Shown here: positions 39,506 to 47,994 of the stretch, piece by piece
Numbering within the stretch: position 1 is the first letter of the stretch
Layout: every line of letters starts with the position of its first letter
NCBI GenBank assembly: GCA_038243585.1
Contig: JBBSQY010000023.1
Span: 1-47,994 of the forward strand
From: Candidatus Sumerlaeales bacterium
GTDB taxonomy: Bacteria > Sumerlaeota > Sumerlaeia > Sumerlaeales > Sumerlaeaceae
Direction of reading: 5' to 3'
Length of the DNA: 47,994 nt
The notes under the pieces: model-generated
What the model was told of the DNA's origin: nothing
The model's database searches: none
What the model saw: only the letters and a program-made list of their open reading frames with translations
Made by a program: the position numbers and the translations under genes

Positions 39506-39635
39506 AGTTTTGATTACCACCAGATTTAATTACTTTTCAGTTGACCACCATCAGCGGCCATGAAATTCACCGCCGCTGAATAAGAGGTTTGCTGTAAATG
39601 CTGCACAACTTTAATTTTTGAGGAAAGGAGTACCC

Positions 39636-39914
39636 ATGACGAAACAAGAGTTTATCGACGTCGTGGCAAAAGAAGCCGGTAACGAGAACATCAGCAAGAC
39701 GGTCGTTCGTGATATCATTGACACCGCTTTCGCGGAGATGGTCAAAGTTATCAAGAAGGAAAGCCGCTTTGCCGTGCCCGGATTCGGAACTTTCACAGTT
39801 CGCGAACGCGCCGCCAAAACTGGTCGTAACCCAAAGACCGGCGAACCGATCGAAATTAAAGCCAGCAAGACAATCGGCTTTAAACCGGCGCCATCTGTAA
39901 AAGACGCGCTCTGA
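39636..39914 (+). CDS. hup: HU family DNA-binding protein
   Basis: MTKQEFI, GFGTF, R.AKTGRNPKTGE, FKP; SD AAGGAG before ATG 39636. Confidence 0.95.
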   Translation: MTKQEFIDVVAKEAGNENISKTVVRDIIDTAFAEMVKVIKKESRFAVPGFGTFTVRERAAKTGRNPKTGEPIEIKASKTIGFKPAPSVKDAL

Positions 39915-39946
39915 TTTGCCAGGTTGCAGCTTAGCCTGACGAGCCT

Positions 39947-39984
39947 GCGGCGGGAACCTTCTCGGTTCCCGCCGCTTTCTTTTT
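39947..39984 (+). terminator. Intrinsic terminator after hup
   Basis: GCGGCGGGAACC-ttctc-GGTTCCCGCCGC followed by TTTCTTTTT. Confidence 0.87.
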
Positions 39985-40582
39985 ATCCTGCCTGGCTTTG
40001 CATTTCGTGGTATTTACTCGCCAAAATTGCGATATCGTATTCGAATAGTTCTTTGAATTTCGGCATTCTTAAAGCGGCACTTGGATGGAGAGCTATCATA
40101 AAAGTTCGGCCCCGATAGTTCATCCATTTTCCGTGTTCCTGAGTTATTAGGACTTTGCGCTCAAGCAGGGCTGCCGCCGCATGACGGCCCAGCGCGCACA
40201 CTATGGACGGGTTAATCATGTCAATCTGTGAAAACAGGTATGGCGTACACGCTTGCACCTCGGCAGGTTTAGGATCACGGTTTTCCGGCGGACGGCATTT
40301 TACGATGTTGCTGATAAAAATCTCTTCCCGTGAGATTCCCCGCGCCTCCAGAACTTTAGTCAGCAGTTGCCCGGATCGTCCTACGAATGGAAGTCCGACC
40401 AAATCTTCCTGTGCTCCGGGCGCTTCGCCCACAAAAAGTAAGCGCGCGTTTAGATTGCCTGCTCCGAATACCGCATTTGTGCGCGTACAGCTCAGCGGAC
40501 ACCTCTGACAGACCCGTACGTGCTCCCGCATTATTTCAAAACGGTTTTGTGGTGCTTCCTGCACTGGAGAGTCAGCCGTCAA
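39983..40582 (-). CDS. udg: Uracil-DNA glycosylase family 4
   Basis: C..C.L, GEAPG.ED..G.PFVGRSG, N.VKCRPPENR, C, HPS. Confidence 0.93.
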   Translation of the reverse strand: MTADSPVQEAPQNRFEIMREHVRVCQRCPLSCTRTNAVFGAGNLNARLLFVGEAPGAQEDLVGLPFVGRSGQLLTKVLEARGISREEIFISNIVKCRPPENRDPKPAEVQACTPYLFSQIDMINPSIVCALGRHAAAALLERKVLITQEHGKWMNYRGRTFMIALHPSAALRMPKFKELFEYDIAILASKYHEMQSQAG

Positions 40583-43500
40583 ATCAACCCCGCCTCAGTG
40601 CCACTCTCTACGGCCTGCCAAAATTTTTCGGTACGGTCCACGTCTCGATAACAGAGGCCCTCAAAAGGACAATAACGACACACAGCCTCGGGAGCATGGC
40701 GAGTCGTAGTCAGATAGCCTCGTTTAACCGCCTTAAGGCTACTCCGCATCATAGTTTGCACCTTAGTCAGGGCGGACTCAAATTCGTCGTCCTTCAGACA
40801 GGAGCGGCCAGTTACGCCCGCCTGCTGCTGGTAAGCCGACCTGAAAAAAATCCCACTAACCTTCGCTTTGTTTCCTTTTTTTAGAGAATAGTATAGACCA
40901 CCCGCAGCTTCAGGATTCTCAAACTGACTTTTTAATAATTGCTCGCCAACCATCATATAGACCGGCAATTGAGTTCGATACCCACCAAGTATTTCCCGCT
41001 TCTCTGGTATCATCCCGGTTTTGTAATCCGTCACCGCAAAGACTCCGGTTGGCGAAAGATCAATACGATCTATTCTGCCCCGCAGTTTAATCCTCTCCCC
41101 TTCCCCCAGATCCAGTTCCAGATGGTCAGGCTTTGATAACGGATCATCTTCTTCAAGTCTGCCCATGCCGAAGCCCACTTCAAAGTTGGAAGGCTTTAGA
41201 AATCCTGCCGCTGGATCACTTCCCCGCTGCATTTCCATCAGTAAAAACTGCCCAAAAACCCCAGGATCTTTAGTCTCAGCCAATCCAGTAGAACTTGCAC
41301 CGAACTCCCCAGGGCCAAACTCCCCGAACAGCTTAAGGTTAAGCAAATCCATTGCGAAATCGGAAAGCTCAGGGAACTGGGAATGCTCTTTTTCATAAGC
41401 CATAAGTAGCTTTTGTCGAGACAATGCTTCGTCATCAGATCCCGGCACGTCCCGACCCTCCGCCACCCAGTCTCTGTAAAAACGCGCTAATACGTCATGA
41501 GTAAATGAACCAAAAACATGCGACGGCAGAAGGTTATCCGCCTCATCTAGCTCCTCGAGATTCAGCATCCGCTGGACAAAGAAGCGGAACGAGCAACCGA
41601 CCACCGCGTCGAGTTGTGATACTGAATAGATGTGTCGGTCTGTCCAGTCTGCAAGCCAGGTCTGGAGATTGGGGTCCAGAATAATCCCGTCATAGGAAGA
41701 CAACTTTGGGCGCGAGCGGCTCGCAATTACAGAGATATTCGCTGCAACATTAAACGCCATCGAGCCCCGTTGGCGGAAGCGTTTCAATTCTCCATCCGTT
41801 AAAATCAGGCCCTTCAGGTTTTCAACAAAGTCCGCATTTGCCTGACGCCCTAAAGACGCAGGCCCAATCCCCATCCGGTCCAGAAGATCGGTTGTCGTGA
41901 CCTCGCTGCATTGTCCTGATTCAAGAAGGTTTTCAATAAACTGCGACGGCAACAAATCCTCCGTTCCGACCTTGGCAGGTTGCCACAGGAGGCATCGGCT
42001 ATGATTGCGCAAGATTCGCTCAAGCGTAATTCTCTGACGGACACGATAGCCAGTTTGATTTGTATGGAAACTGTAGTTAAGAAAAGATGCATCGGGGCGC
42101 GCGAACTTTGGAAAGTTTCCGTCATTACACCCCAGCACAATGCAGCAATCTGACCGCATTGTTGCCGCCGTAGATGGACTGCATACAGTGACAAGAACAG
42201 ACTGCATCTCATCAAGATTATCGAGCCTGATCTTATTTACCACGGTCCGGAACAAAGACATGAAGTATCTAAAATCAATATCACCCGGACTGATCAACGT
42301 TCCGGCCGATGCCATTTGTCTAAGCGACCGCTTTAATGCGCGCACGCGGGCCAGTGTAAAATCCGTAAATCTGAGATCGATATCTGGACCCGAATCTTTT
42401 GAAAATTGTCCAAGTATTGCAGTCGTATCTTTGCACCATTCTACCACCGACGCTTTTCGACTGAATCGCTTTGTAACATCCTGAACAGCGTTTAGCAGGT
42501 CAAGCAAAGCTGTGTCCAGTAGCTCTTCCTCCTCAGTCCACTGGCCATTCCGTCGCCGACTACTCTGCAAGCGCTGGAGCATGCTTTGCACGGAAGTTGT
42601 TATCGACTTCCAGCCTTGGAGCCGTCCCGTCAGTGTTAAAATATAGTCGAGGCGCGAAGCCAGATTCCACGCTTCTACGGCTGTAACTCCGTTTTTCAAA
42701 AGAGAAGGGAACTCCGGTGCCCGAAACAAGCTGCCCAGTGCGCTTCCATCTACATATTTACCGCTGCAATTACGCAGTCGATCCAGAAGGAGGAACTCCC
42801 CTCCGTTTACGGGTGAATCCGTTTGTTCCCAAACCGAATCGATCCCATACTCTCCCAGCGCTTTCTCTAATCCAGGGGCATAATCGTGCCAGCCTGGAAG
42901 CGCTATCACCACGCTGGGAGAGGCATCGATCGGCGCATCCTTAAGCAGTTTATCAACAACCGCGACAGCGGCGGCAATCTCTTGGGATACGGTAGTCGCG
43001 GTCACTACGACCGAAGTTAATGGAGGGACTTCCAAAGATGCCAGACCTGGTGGGGCTCCAGGAATAGACTTCAGATCACCAGGCGTAAGAGCAAAAGAAT
43101 CAGCCATATCATAAAGACGGATATATGCGGCTTCCATTGCGGACTGCGCAAAGTTATCGTCTTCCGGATCAAAGTCCAAAAGGACGTCGCAATGAGGAAT
43201 GCTCTTTGTAGCGGCCGCAATAAGTAAGAAAACCAGATCTGAGTAATCAGAGAAATCTAAAAAAACTATCCGTTGAATTGATGGGAAGTATTTATCCCAC
43301 TGCGCTTTTCCCAGGCAGCTCACCGCCTCCAGCAACGCATAGTTCTCCAGCCGGACATCCGCAATGGCAAGCCGCTCATCCATTTTTAACGCCAGCAATT
43401 TTAACTGTCGCCCCCGAGCAGAATTCATTGCAGGATCTTCCTCACCGGAAACCTTACCTTGTATCGTCCCGAGGGAACTGGTAATCCGCTCCAATACTCC

Positions 43501-43833
43501 TTGCGACATACGCGGCACTGAGTTTCGACCAACAAGATAATCAAAAGAATTAGGAGCAGTGTCTAAAATGTTTCGGATCATAGCTCTGGCAATATCGGGT
43601 GATACGAGGTTTCGCTCATCCACCATATCACCAGTCAGCCGGTGTATCAGCGCATCAGAATTGATAATTTGCCGTTCTCCCGATAGAGCGACGGGGGTGC
43701 TATTAATTTCGCCGGCCAGGGCCCTTGCCGAAAGCTCATTTGGCACAACAAACAGGGTCTCTTCAGCGCCAAAAGGCGCAACCAGCTGGCTTCGCGCGGC
43801 AGCCGTGGCCAATCCGCATATCAGGGTCAACAT
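40579..43833 (-). CDS. AddB/RexB-like PD-(D/E)xK nuclease with inactive helicase scaffold
   Basis: SVSQL....C.FRFF, G...H, FE..F, LRGRIDRID, DYKTG, QL..Y, C..C.....C Fe-S staple. Confidence 0.82.
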   Translation of the reverse strand: MLTLICGLATAAARSQLVAPFGAEETLFVVPNELSARALAGEINSTPVALSGERQIINSDALIHRLTGDMVDERNLVSPDIARAMIRNILDTAPNSFDYLVGRNSVPRMSQGVLERITSSLGTIQGKVSGEEDPAMNSARGRQLKLLALKMDERLAIADVRLENYALLEAVSCLGKAQWDKYFPSIQRIVFLDFSDYSDLVFLLIAAATKSIPHCDVLLDFDPEDDNFAQSAMEAAYIRLYDMADSFALTPGDLKSIPGAPPGLASLEVPPLTSVVVTATTVSQEIAAAVAVVDKLLKDAPIDASPSVVIALPGWHDYAPGLEKALGEYGIDSVWEQTDSPVNGGEFLLLDRLRNCSGKYVDGSALGSLFRAPEFPSLLKNGVTAVEAWNLASRLDYILTLTGRLQGWKSITTSVQSMLQRLQSSRRRNGQWTEEEELLDTALLDLLNAVQDVTKRFSRKASVVEWCKDTTAILGQFSKDSGPDIDLRFTDFTLARVRALKRSLRQMASAGTLISPGDIDFRYFMSLFRTVVNKIRLDNLDEMQSVLVTVCSPSTAATMRSDCCIVLGCNDGNFPKFARPDASFLNYSFHTNQTGYRVRQRITLERILRNHSRCLLWQPAKVGTEDLLPSQFIENLLESGQCSEVTTTDLLDRMGIGPASLGRQANADFVENLKGLILTDGELKRFRQRGSMAFNVAANISVIASRSRPKLSSYDGIILDPNLQTWLADWTDRHIYSVSQLDAVVGCSFRFFVQRMLNLEELDEADNLLPSHVFGSFTHDVLARFYRDWVAEGRDVPGSDDEALSRQKLLMAYEKEHSQFPELSDFAMDLLNLKLFGEFGPGEFGASSTGLAETKDPGVFGQFLLMEMQRGSDPAAGFLKPSNFEVGFGMGRLEEDDPLSKPDHLELDLGEGERIKLRGRIDRIDLSPTGVFAVTDYKTGMIPEKREILGGYRTQLPVYMMVGEQLLKSQFENPEAAGGLYYSLKKGNKAKVSGIFFRSAYQQQAGVTGRSCLKDDEFESALTKVQTMMRSSLKAVKRGYLTTTRHAPEAVCRYCPFEGLCYRDVDRTEKFWQAVESGTEAGLI

Positions 43834-43981
43834 ACAGAGAGAATGCCCGTCTCAAAAGGATTGATTCAACAGGAAATTTTTTAGCCAGACGCCGCCACTG
43901 AACAGGCACCTGCATATGCATTGAAGTGAATATAATTAGGGCCTGTTGGCTAAACACCGCAGCGCCAAAGCGGCGCCATGA

Positions 43982-44058
43982 GGGCGATTAGCTCAGCTGG
44001 TTAGAGTGCCACGTTGACATCGTGGAGGTCACTGGTTCGATCCCAGTATCGCCCACCA
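43982..44058 (+). tRNA. tRNA-Val(GAC)
   Basis: GGGCGAT/ATCGCCC acceptor stem, D-arm AGCTCAGCTGGTTAGAGT, anticodon arm CCACG-TTGACAT-CGTGG, GGTTCGATCCC T-arm, encoded CCA. Confidence 0.97.
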
Positions 44059-44242
44059 TTTAATTTACACCCAAATCAACTCGTAAAGCCTTGTAGATCA
44101 ATATCCCATTGGTATTTCATTCTGCCCTCCACGTTGACGAGGCAGTACCCATTTTGTCGCCTGTTAACCGTTTATTTCCGCGATATAGCGATAATAAAAC
44201 ACTTTAACGGAAATGGTACAGCATCTCACGCTCCTTAACCTG

Positions 44243-46633
44243 TTACCGCCCTTTTTTCTTTCCACGTCCTCTGGCCTGAAATCCGGGCTGTTTAGGACGG
44301 CGTCCGGCATGGCGACCTTCCTTTTCTATTCTTCGACGGTCAAGCGCCTCTGTTTTTTCCTCGCTACCTTCCGGAATTATCTTCTCCAGGAGTTCCAGAT
44401 TTAGTTCCAGTGTCGCGACATTCGCTGCTTCCACAGAAACCCGAACCTTATCGCCCAGTTTAAACACGCGACCCCGGTTTCGGCCTGTCAGGCGCATATG
44501 TTCTGCGTCGTACTCGTAAAAGTCGTCCGTCATCTTCGTCAGATGCACGAGGCCTTCTACCGGTATGGTATCCAGTTCCACAAAAAAACCAAAACTGGTG
44601 ATAGCCGTCAAGATGCCCGTGAACTCTTCGCCCAGGTGCCGGCGCATGTATTCAATGGATTTGGCCGCGATGGCTTCGTACTCAATGCTTTCCGCCCGGC
44701 GCTCCCGTTCGCTGGAATGTCGCGTCCACTCGGGCAGACGCTGCTCCCAGTGTTTACGGCGCAGAGGAGACAAATGCCCACTCCGCTTGTCCTCTTTATC
44801 CTTAAAGTTGATTGGCCCTTCGGAATCGTCTGAGCCCCAGACAGGTGGATGATATTTCCCTTTGGCCGGGGCACCGTTTTGCAAAGTTTCGCGGATAAGG
44901 CGGTGTACCAGCAGATCCGGATACCGGCGAATGGGCGACGTGAAATGAGTATAACAAGCGCTGCCAAGGCCGTAGTGGCCCATGTTGACATCGTGATAAC
45001 GTGCCCGCATCATTGATCGCAATATGAGCCGGCGCGCGATGGGACCTGATTCTAATAAGGCGGATTTTTTAAGCACCGTCTGGATGGCCGCGGAATCGAT
45101 TTCCTTTCGCGCCGGAAACCGCACTCCAAGGTAACTGAGCACCGGTTGGAGCGTGCGCAGTTTGTCCAGGTCGGGGTCTTCGTGAACCCGGTAAATCGAA
45201 GGAACCTTTAAATTATAGAGATGTGTCGCCACGACTTCGTTGGCGATCAGCATACATTCCTCCACGACCCGGTGCGCCTCCATGCGGCTCCGGCGGGTTA
45301 CGCCCGACACATTGCCTTCGTCATCGAAGAGCACCTGCGTTTCCGGCACATCCAGATCAAGGGCACCTCTGCGCAGTCTCATCGCCGTCAGCACTTTTCG
45401 CAGGGCAAAAAGATCCTCTAACTCCACCATGGCGTCGCCAAGTTCGCGGGCTGTCTCCGGTGTCGCGTTGCCGTCCATCAGAGACTGAACATCTTCATAT
45501 GTCGTGCGATGGCGACTGCGAATGATTCCTTCGTGGACAGAAAACTTACCGACCTGCCCCTGGTCGTCAATGTCCATAAGGCAACTAATCGTAAGCCGGT
45601 CTTCGTTCGGACGCAACGAACACATATCGTTGCTCAGCTTTTCAGGGAGCATAGGGATGACGCGGTCTACGGGGTAGATACTGGTGGCCCGGTCGTAGGC
45701 CTCCAAGTCTAAAATGGAATTTTCCTGTACGTAATGGGAAACATCAGCGATATGAACGCCCAGGCGCACCTTTCCATCGTCCAGCTTTTCAATGCTCAAG
45801 GCGTCGTCAAAATCTTTCGCCGTCGGTCCGTCCATTGTAAAGGTCAGGATGTCGCGAAAATCGGTTCGTAGGGCGATCTCTTCCGCGGAAATCTCCGTCG
45901 GCACTTCTTCAGCAGCCCGTAACACCTCTGCCGGAAACTCAGGATCTACGCCCGCTGCCCGCACGATAAGCGTCACGTCAATTCCCGTATCTTCCGGGTA
46001 ACCCAGCACCTCGACTACTTTGCCCAGCAGCGGATCAGGCATTGCTGACCAGTGAGTGATCTCTGCCAGTACATAGGCCCGTTCTTTAACATCCAGCTTC
46101 GGCGACGGCATTGGAACTGTGATCGTGCGTCCGATGGTGGTATCGTGAGGAATGACCTGACCACCGCGCCGTGCCGGAAAATAAACACCAGCAATTTTTG
46201 TGGTAGCCCGCTCAACCACGTCGAGTATGCGTCCTTCCCGACGCATTCCGGAAGCTTTCGCCTCTGCAGGTCGCGTCGGCAACACGCGCACGTGGACCCG
46301 GTCGCCATTTAAAGCATCCGCCATGGCCCTGCGGCTCACGTATATATCGCCAATTTCCGCTTCCGGCGATCCAGCGTCCGCCACCACGAAGCCGAATCCT
46401 TTTCGGGTGACAGCCAGTTTTCCTTCAATAACCTTTGTAGCATTACTCGCAATATAAGAATGGCCCCGAAGCCGCGCCGAATCCCCTTCAGACTCAAGTT
46501 CTTTCAAAATCCGCCGAATGGTTCTACGCTCGTGAACGGTAACGCCCAGCATTTCCACCATGTCGTTCAGCTTGATTGGTCGCCCGCCGTTTTCTTTCAG
46601 CAGGTTGCGGATTCGTTGCTTAAGTTCGTCCAG
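44243..46633 (-). CDS. rnr: Ribonuclease R (probable CTG start)
   Basis: GFGFV, ALNGDRV, TMDG..AKDFDDA, HIADVS, EECM..AN, HFTSPIRRYPDL, S1 domain, basic tail; N-terminal HTH restored by CTG at 46633. Confidence 0.93.
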   Translation of the reverse strand: MDELKQRIRNLLKENGGRPIKLNDMVEMLGVTVHERRTIRRILKELESEGDSARLRGHSYIASNATKVIEGKLAVTRKGFGFVVADAGSPEAEIGDIYVSRRAMADALNGDRVHVRVLPTRPAEAKASGMRREGRILDVVERATTKIAGVYFPARRGGQVIPHDTTIGRTITVPMPSPKLDVKERAYVLAEITHWSAMPDPLLGKVVEVLGYPEDTGIDVTLIVRAAGVDPEFPAEVLRAAEEVPTEISAEEIALRTDFRDILTFTMDGPTAKDFDDALSIEKLDDGKVRLGVHIADVSHYVQENSILDLEAYDRATSIYPVDRVIPMLPEKLSNDMCSLRPNEDRLTISCLMDIDDQGQVGKFSVHEGIIRSRHRTTYEDVQSLMDGNATPETARELGDAMVELEDLFALRKVLTAMRLRRGALDLDVPETQVLFDDEGNVSGVTRRSRMEAHRVVEECMLIANEVVATHLYNLKVPSIYRVHEDPDLDKLRTLQPVLSYLGVRFPARKEIDSAAIQTVLKKSALLESGPIARRLILRSMMRARYHDVNMGHYGLGSACYTHFTSPIRRYPDLLVHRLIRETLQNGAPAKGKYHPPVWGSDDSEGPINFKDKEDKRSGHLSPLRRKHWEQRLPEWTRHSSERERRAESIEYEAIAAKSIEYMRRHLGEEFTGILTAITSFGFFVELDTIPVEGLVHLTKMTDDFYEYDAEHMRLTGRNRGRVFKLGDKVRVSVEAANVATLELNLELLEKIIPEGSEEKTEALDRRRIEKEGRHAGRRPKQPGFQARGRGKKKGR

Positions 46634-46675
46634 GGTTATCTCTCCGGTGAAGGTCTTGGTAAATGTGTTGCGGAT

Positions 46676-46684
46676 ATTATAACA
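46676..46684 (-). promoter_or_regulatory. Extended -10 promoter for rnr
   Basis: TGTTATAAT (TGn-TATAAT) 42 nt upstream of the CTG. Confidence 0.6.
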
Positions 46685-46807
46685 AAATAGTGCAGTACAA
46701 TATTAAATGGTAGTCGGCACGGGTATAATGGCGACTGTCCATCAAAAGGTTTCTTTTTGAGAATCATCCAATTTTGCATATGAACGCTTCTGGCTATAAA
46801 GAGTACC

Positions 46808-46836
46808 TTGCACGACTGCGCTTGTGCTGATAGATT
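46808..46836 (+). promoter_or_regulatory. Sigma70-type promoter for purM
   Basis: TTGCAC-17 nt-TAGATT with TGA extension directly before the -10. Confidence 0.55.
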
Positions 46837-46965
46837 GCTAATAATTAATAGAAGTGAATCTCGGTATTAATCAGTCAGGCATATACAGTTTTTAGGCAAT
46901 TACCGACATATTTCACTTAAATGTAATATCCATTTTTCGTTTTTCCTTTGGAGGCCACAAACACT

Positions 46966-47970
46966 TTGCCACGCTCAATCAGCTACAAAGACGCCGGTGT
47001 CGACATCAACGAAGCCGACAAGCTTGTCGATTACCTGAAGACGAAAAATCGTGCCATTGGTGGATTCAGCGGACTTATGCCATTACCAAAAGGCTATAAA
47101 AAGCCTCTTTTGGTGGCATCCACCGATGGGGTCGGCACAAAACTGCTACTTGCCAAAACCATGAAAGATTACTCCACCATCGGCATTGATCTGGTTGGGA
47201 TGGTCGTAAATGATATGGCGGTATGCGGTGCACGCCCTTTGTTTTTTCTCGACTATTACGCCACCAGCGCCCTGAAGATCAAAGAAGCCAAACAGGTTAT
47301 CGACGGTATACTGGAAGGCTGCGCCCAAGCCGGCTGTCCGCTTATTGGCGGAGAGACTGCCGAACTGCCAGGCCTTTACCAGCCGGGAGATTTTGACTTG
47401 GCCGGTTTTGCCGTGGGAATTGTCGATGCCGATAAAGCTATTACAGGTAAATCAGTTAAGCCTGGCGATATCGTTTTCGGCATTCCATCTTCCGGAATTC
47501 ACTCAAACGGCTATTCCCTCGTGCGTAAGATTATCGAAAAATCCTCCCTGCCTCTCAACAAAAAGGCAGCTGGCCTTGGCAATCGTACTCTGGGCCGCGT
47601 TTTACTCGAACCCACTCGAATTTACACTTCTTTCATCAACAAACTAATCACGAAAGTCCCAATAAAAGCGCTGGCCCATATTACCGGCGGCGGCATAACT
47701 GGAAACCTTAACCGCATTTTGCCGTCAAAGACCGATGCTATCGTTCATGAAGGACAGTGGCCTCTGCCGCCGATATTTGAGCTTCTGGAGAAACACGGGC
47801 CGGTTGATCGCGCGGAAATGCACCGCACATTTAATATGGGACTCGGCATGATGGGCGTAGTCGCTCCGAGTGATGTGGAAAAGCTTATGAAGGCAGCTAA
47901 AACTGCCGGCGAAGAGGTATATATTGTCGGCACCATTGAAAAAGGAACAGGAGCAGTACAAATTGTTTAG
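46966..47970 (+). CDS. purM: Phosphoribosylformylglycinamidine cyclo-ligase (AIR synthase)
   Basis: SYKDAGVD, STDGVGTK, GGETAE, SSGIHSNGYS, HITGGG, TFNMG; start moved to TTG 46966 behind GGAGG at 46950. Confidence 0.96.
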   Translation: MPRSISYKDAGVDINEADKLVDYLKTKNRAIGGFSGLMPLPKGYKKPLLVASTDGVGTKLLLAKTMKDYSTIGIDLVGMVVNDMAVCGARPLFFLDYYATSALKIKEAKQVIDGILEGCAQAGCPLIGGETAELPGLYQPGDFDLAGFAVGIVDADKAITGKSVKPGDIVFGIPSSGIHSNGYSLVRKIIEKSSLPLNKKAAGLGNRTLGRVLLEPTRIYTSFINKLITKVPIKALAHITGGGITGNLNRILPSKTDAIVHEGQWPLPPIFELLEKHGPVDRAEMHRTFNMGLGMMGVVAPSDVEKLMKAAKTAGEEVYIVGTIEKGTGAVQIV

Positions 47971-47994
47971 CGCGGCGGAAATGACTTGGTAGGC

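Noticed and set aside
44014..44404. Short ORFs overlapping the tRNA and the rnr 3' end
   Set aside because: They overlap a bona fide tRNA or lie antisense to rnr; no coding signals
43982..46633. Genomic island at tRNA-Val
   Set aside because: Flanked by housekeeping genes; no integrase and no duplicated tRNA 3' end seen
46724..46760. Purine riboswitch-like TATAAT...GTTTCT upstream of purM
   Set aside because: Lacks the ATATGG loop, the TTCTACC junction and the CCGTAAA loop, and lies upstream of the better promoter

Overview
A gene-dense, mostly housekeeping bacterial chromosome segment, probably a contig end from a Gram-negative-type organism. Protein style tentatively suggests Ca. Sumerlaeota/BRC1, which I have not verified. 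It holds about 33 CDS: ndh (partial), punA, ferritin, an RlmI-like methylase, iscS-iscA, cspA, JAB-DinG, topA, ctpA, xseA, ubiE/menG, infB, rnj, pilT, a DUF151 nuclease, a GH116-like protein, rhomboid, aroA, a TPR protein, nadK, tlyA, HU, UDG, an AddB-like nuclease, rnr and purM. There is one tRNA-Val(GAC) and several intrinsic terminators. I see no CRISPR array, integrase, transposase or prophage. The most interesting signals are subtle. (1) A T-[S/T]-x-T motif is strongly enriched in the exported proteins, a candidate lineage-specific modification sequon. (2) Two secreted glycoside-hydrolase-fold proteins and a CopZ-like protein have apparently lost catalytic or metal ligands. (3) Two genes likely start at CTG, amid many TTG starts, and iscS may be leaderless. 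(4) Long D-R/K-P aromatic repeat extensions sit on the RlmI-like methylase and IF2. (5) The EPSP synthase is Deinococcus-type and possibly glyphosate-tolerant. (6) purM has a structured 5' leader.
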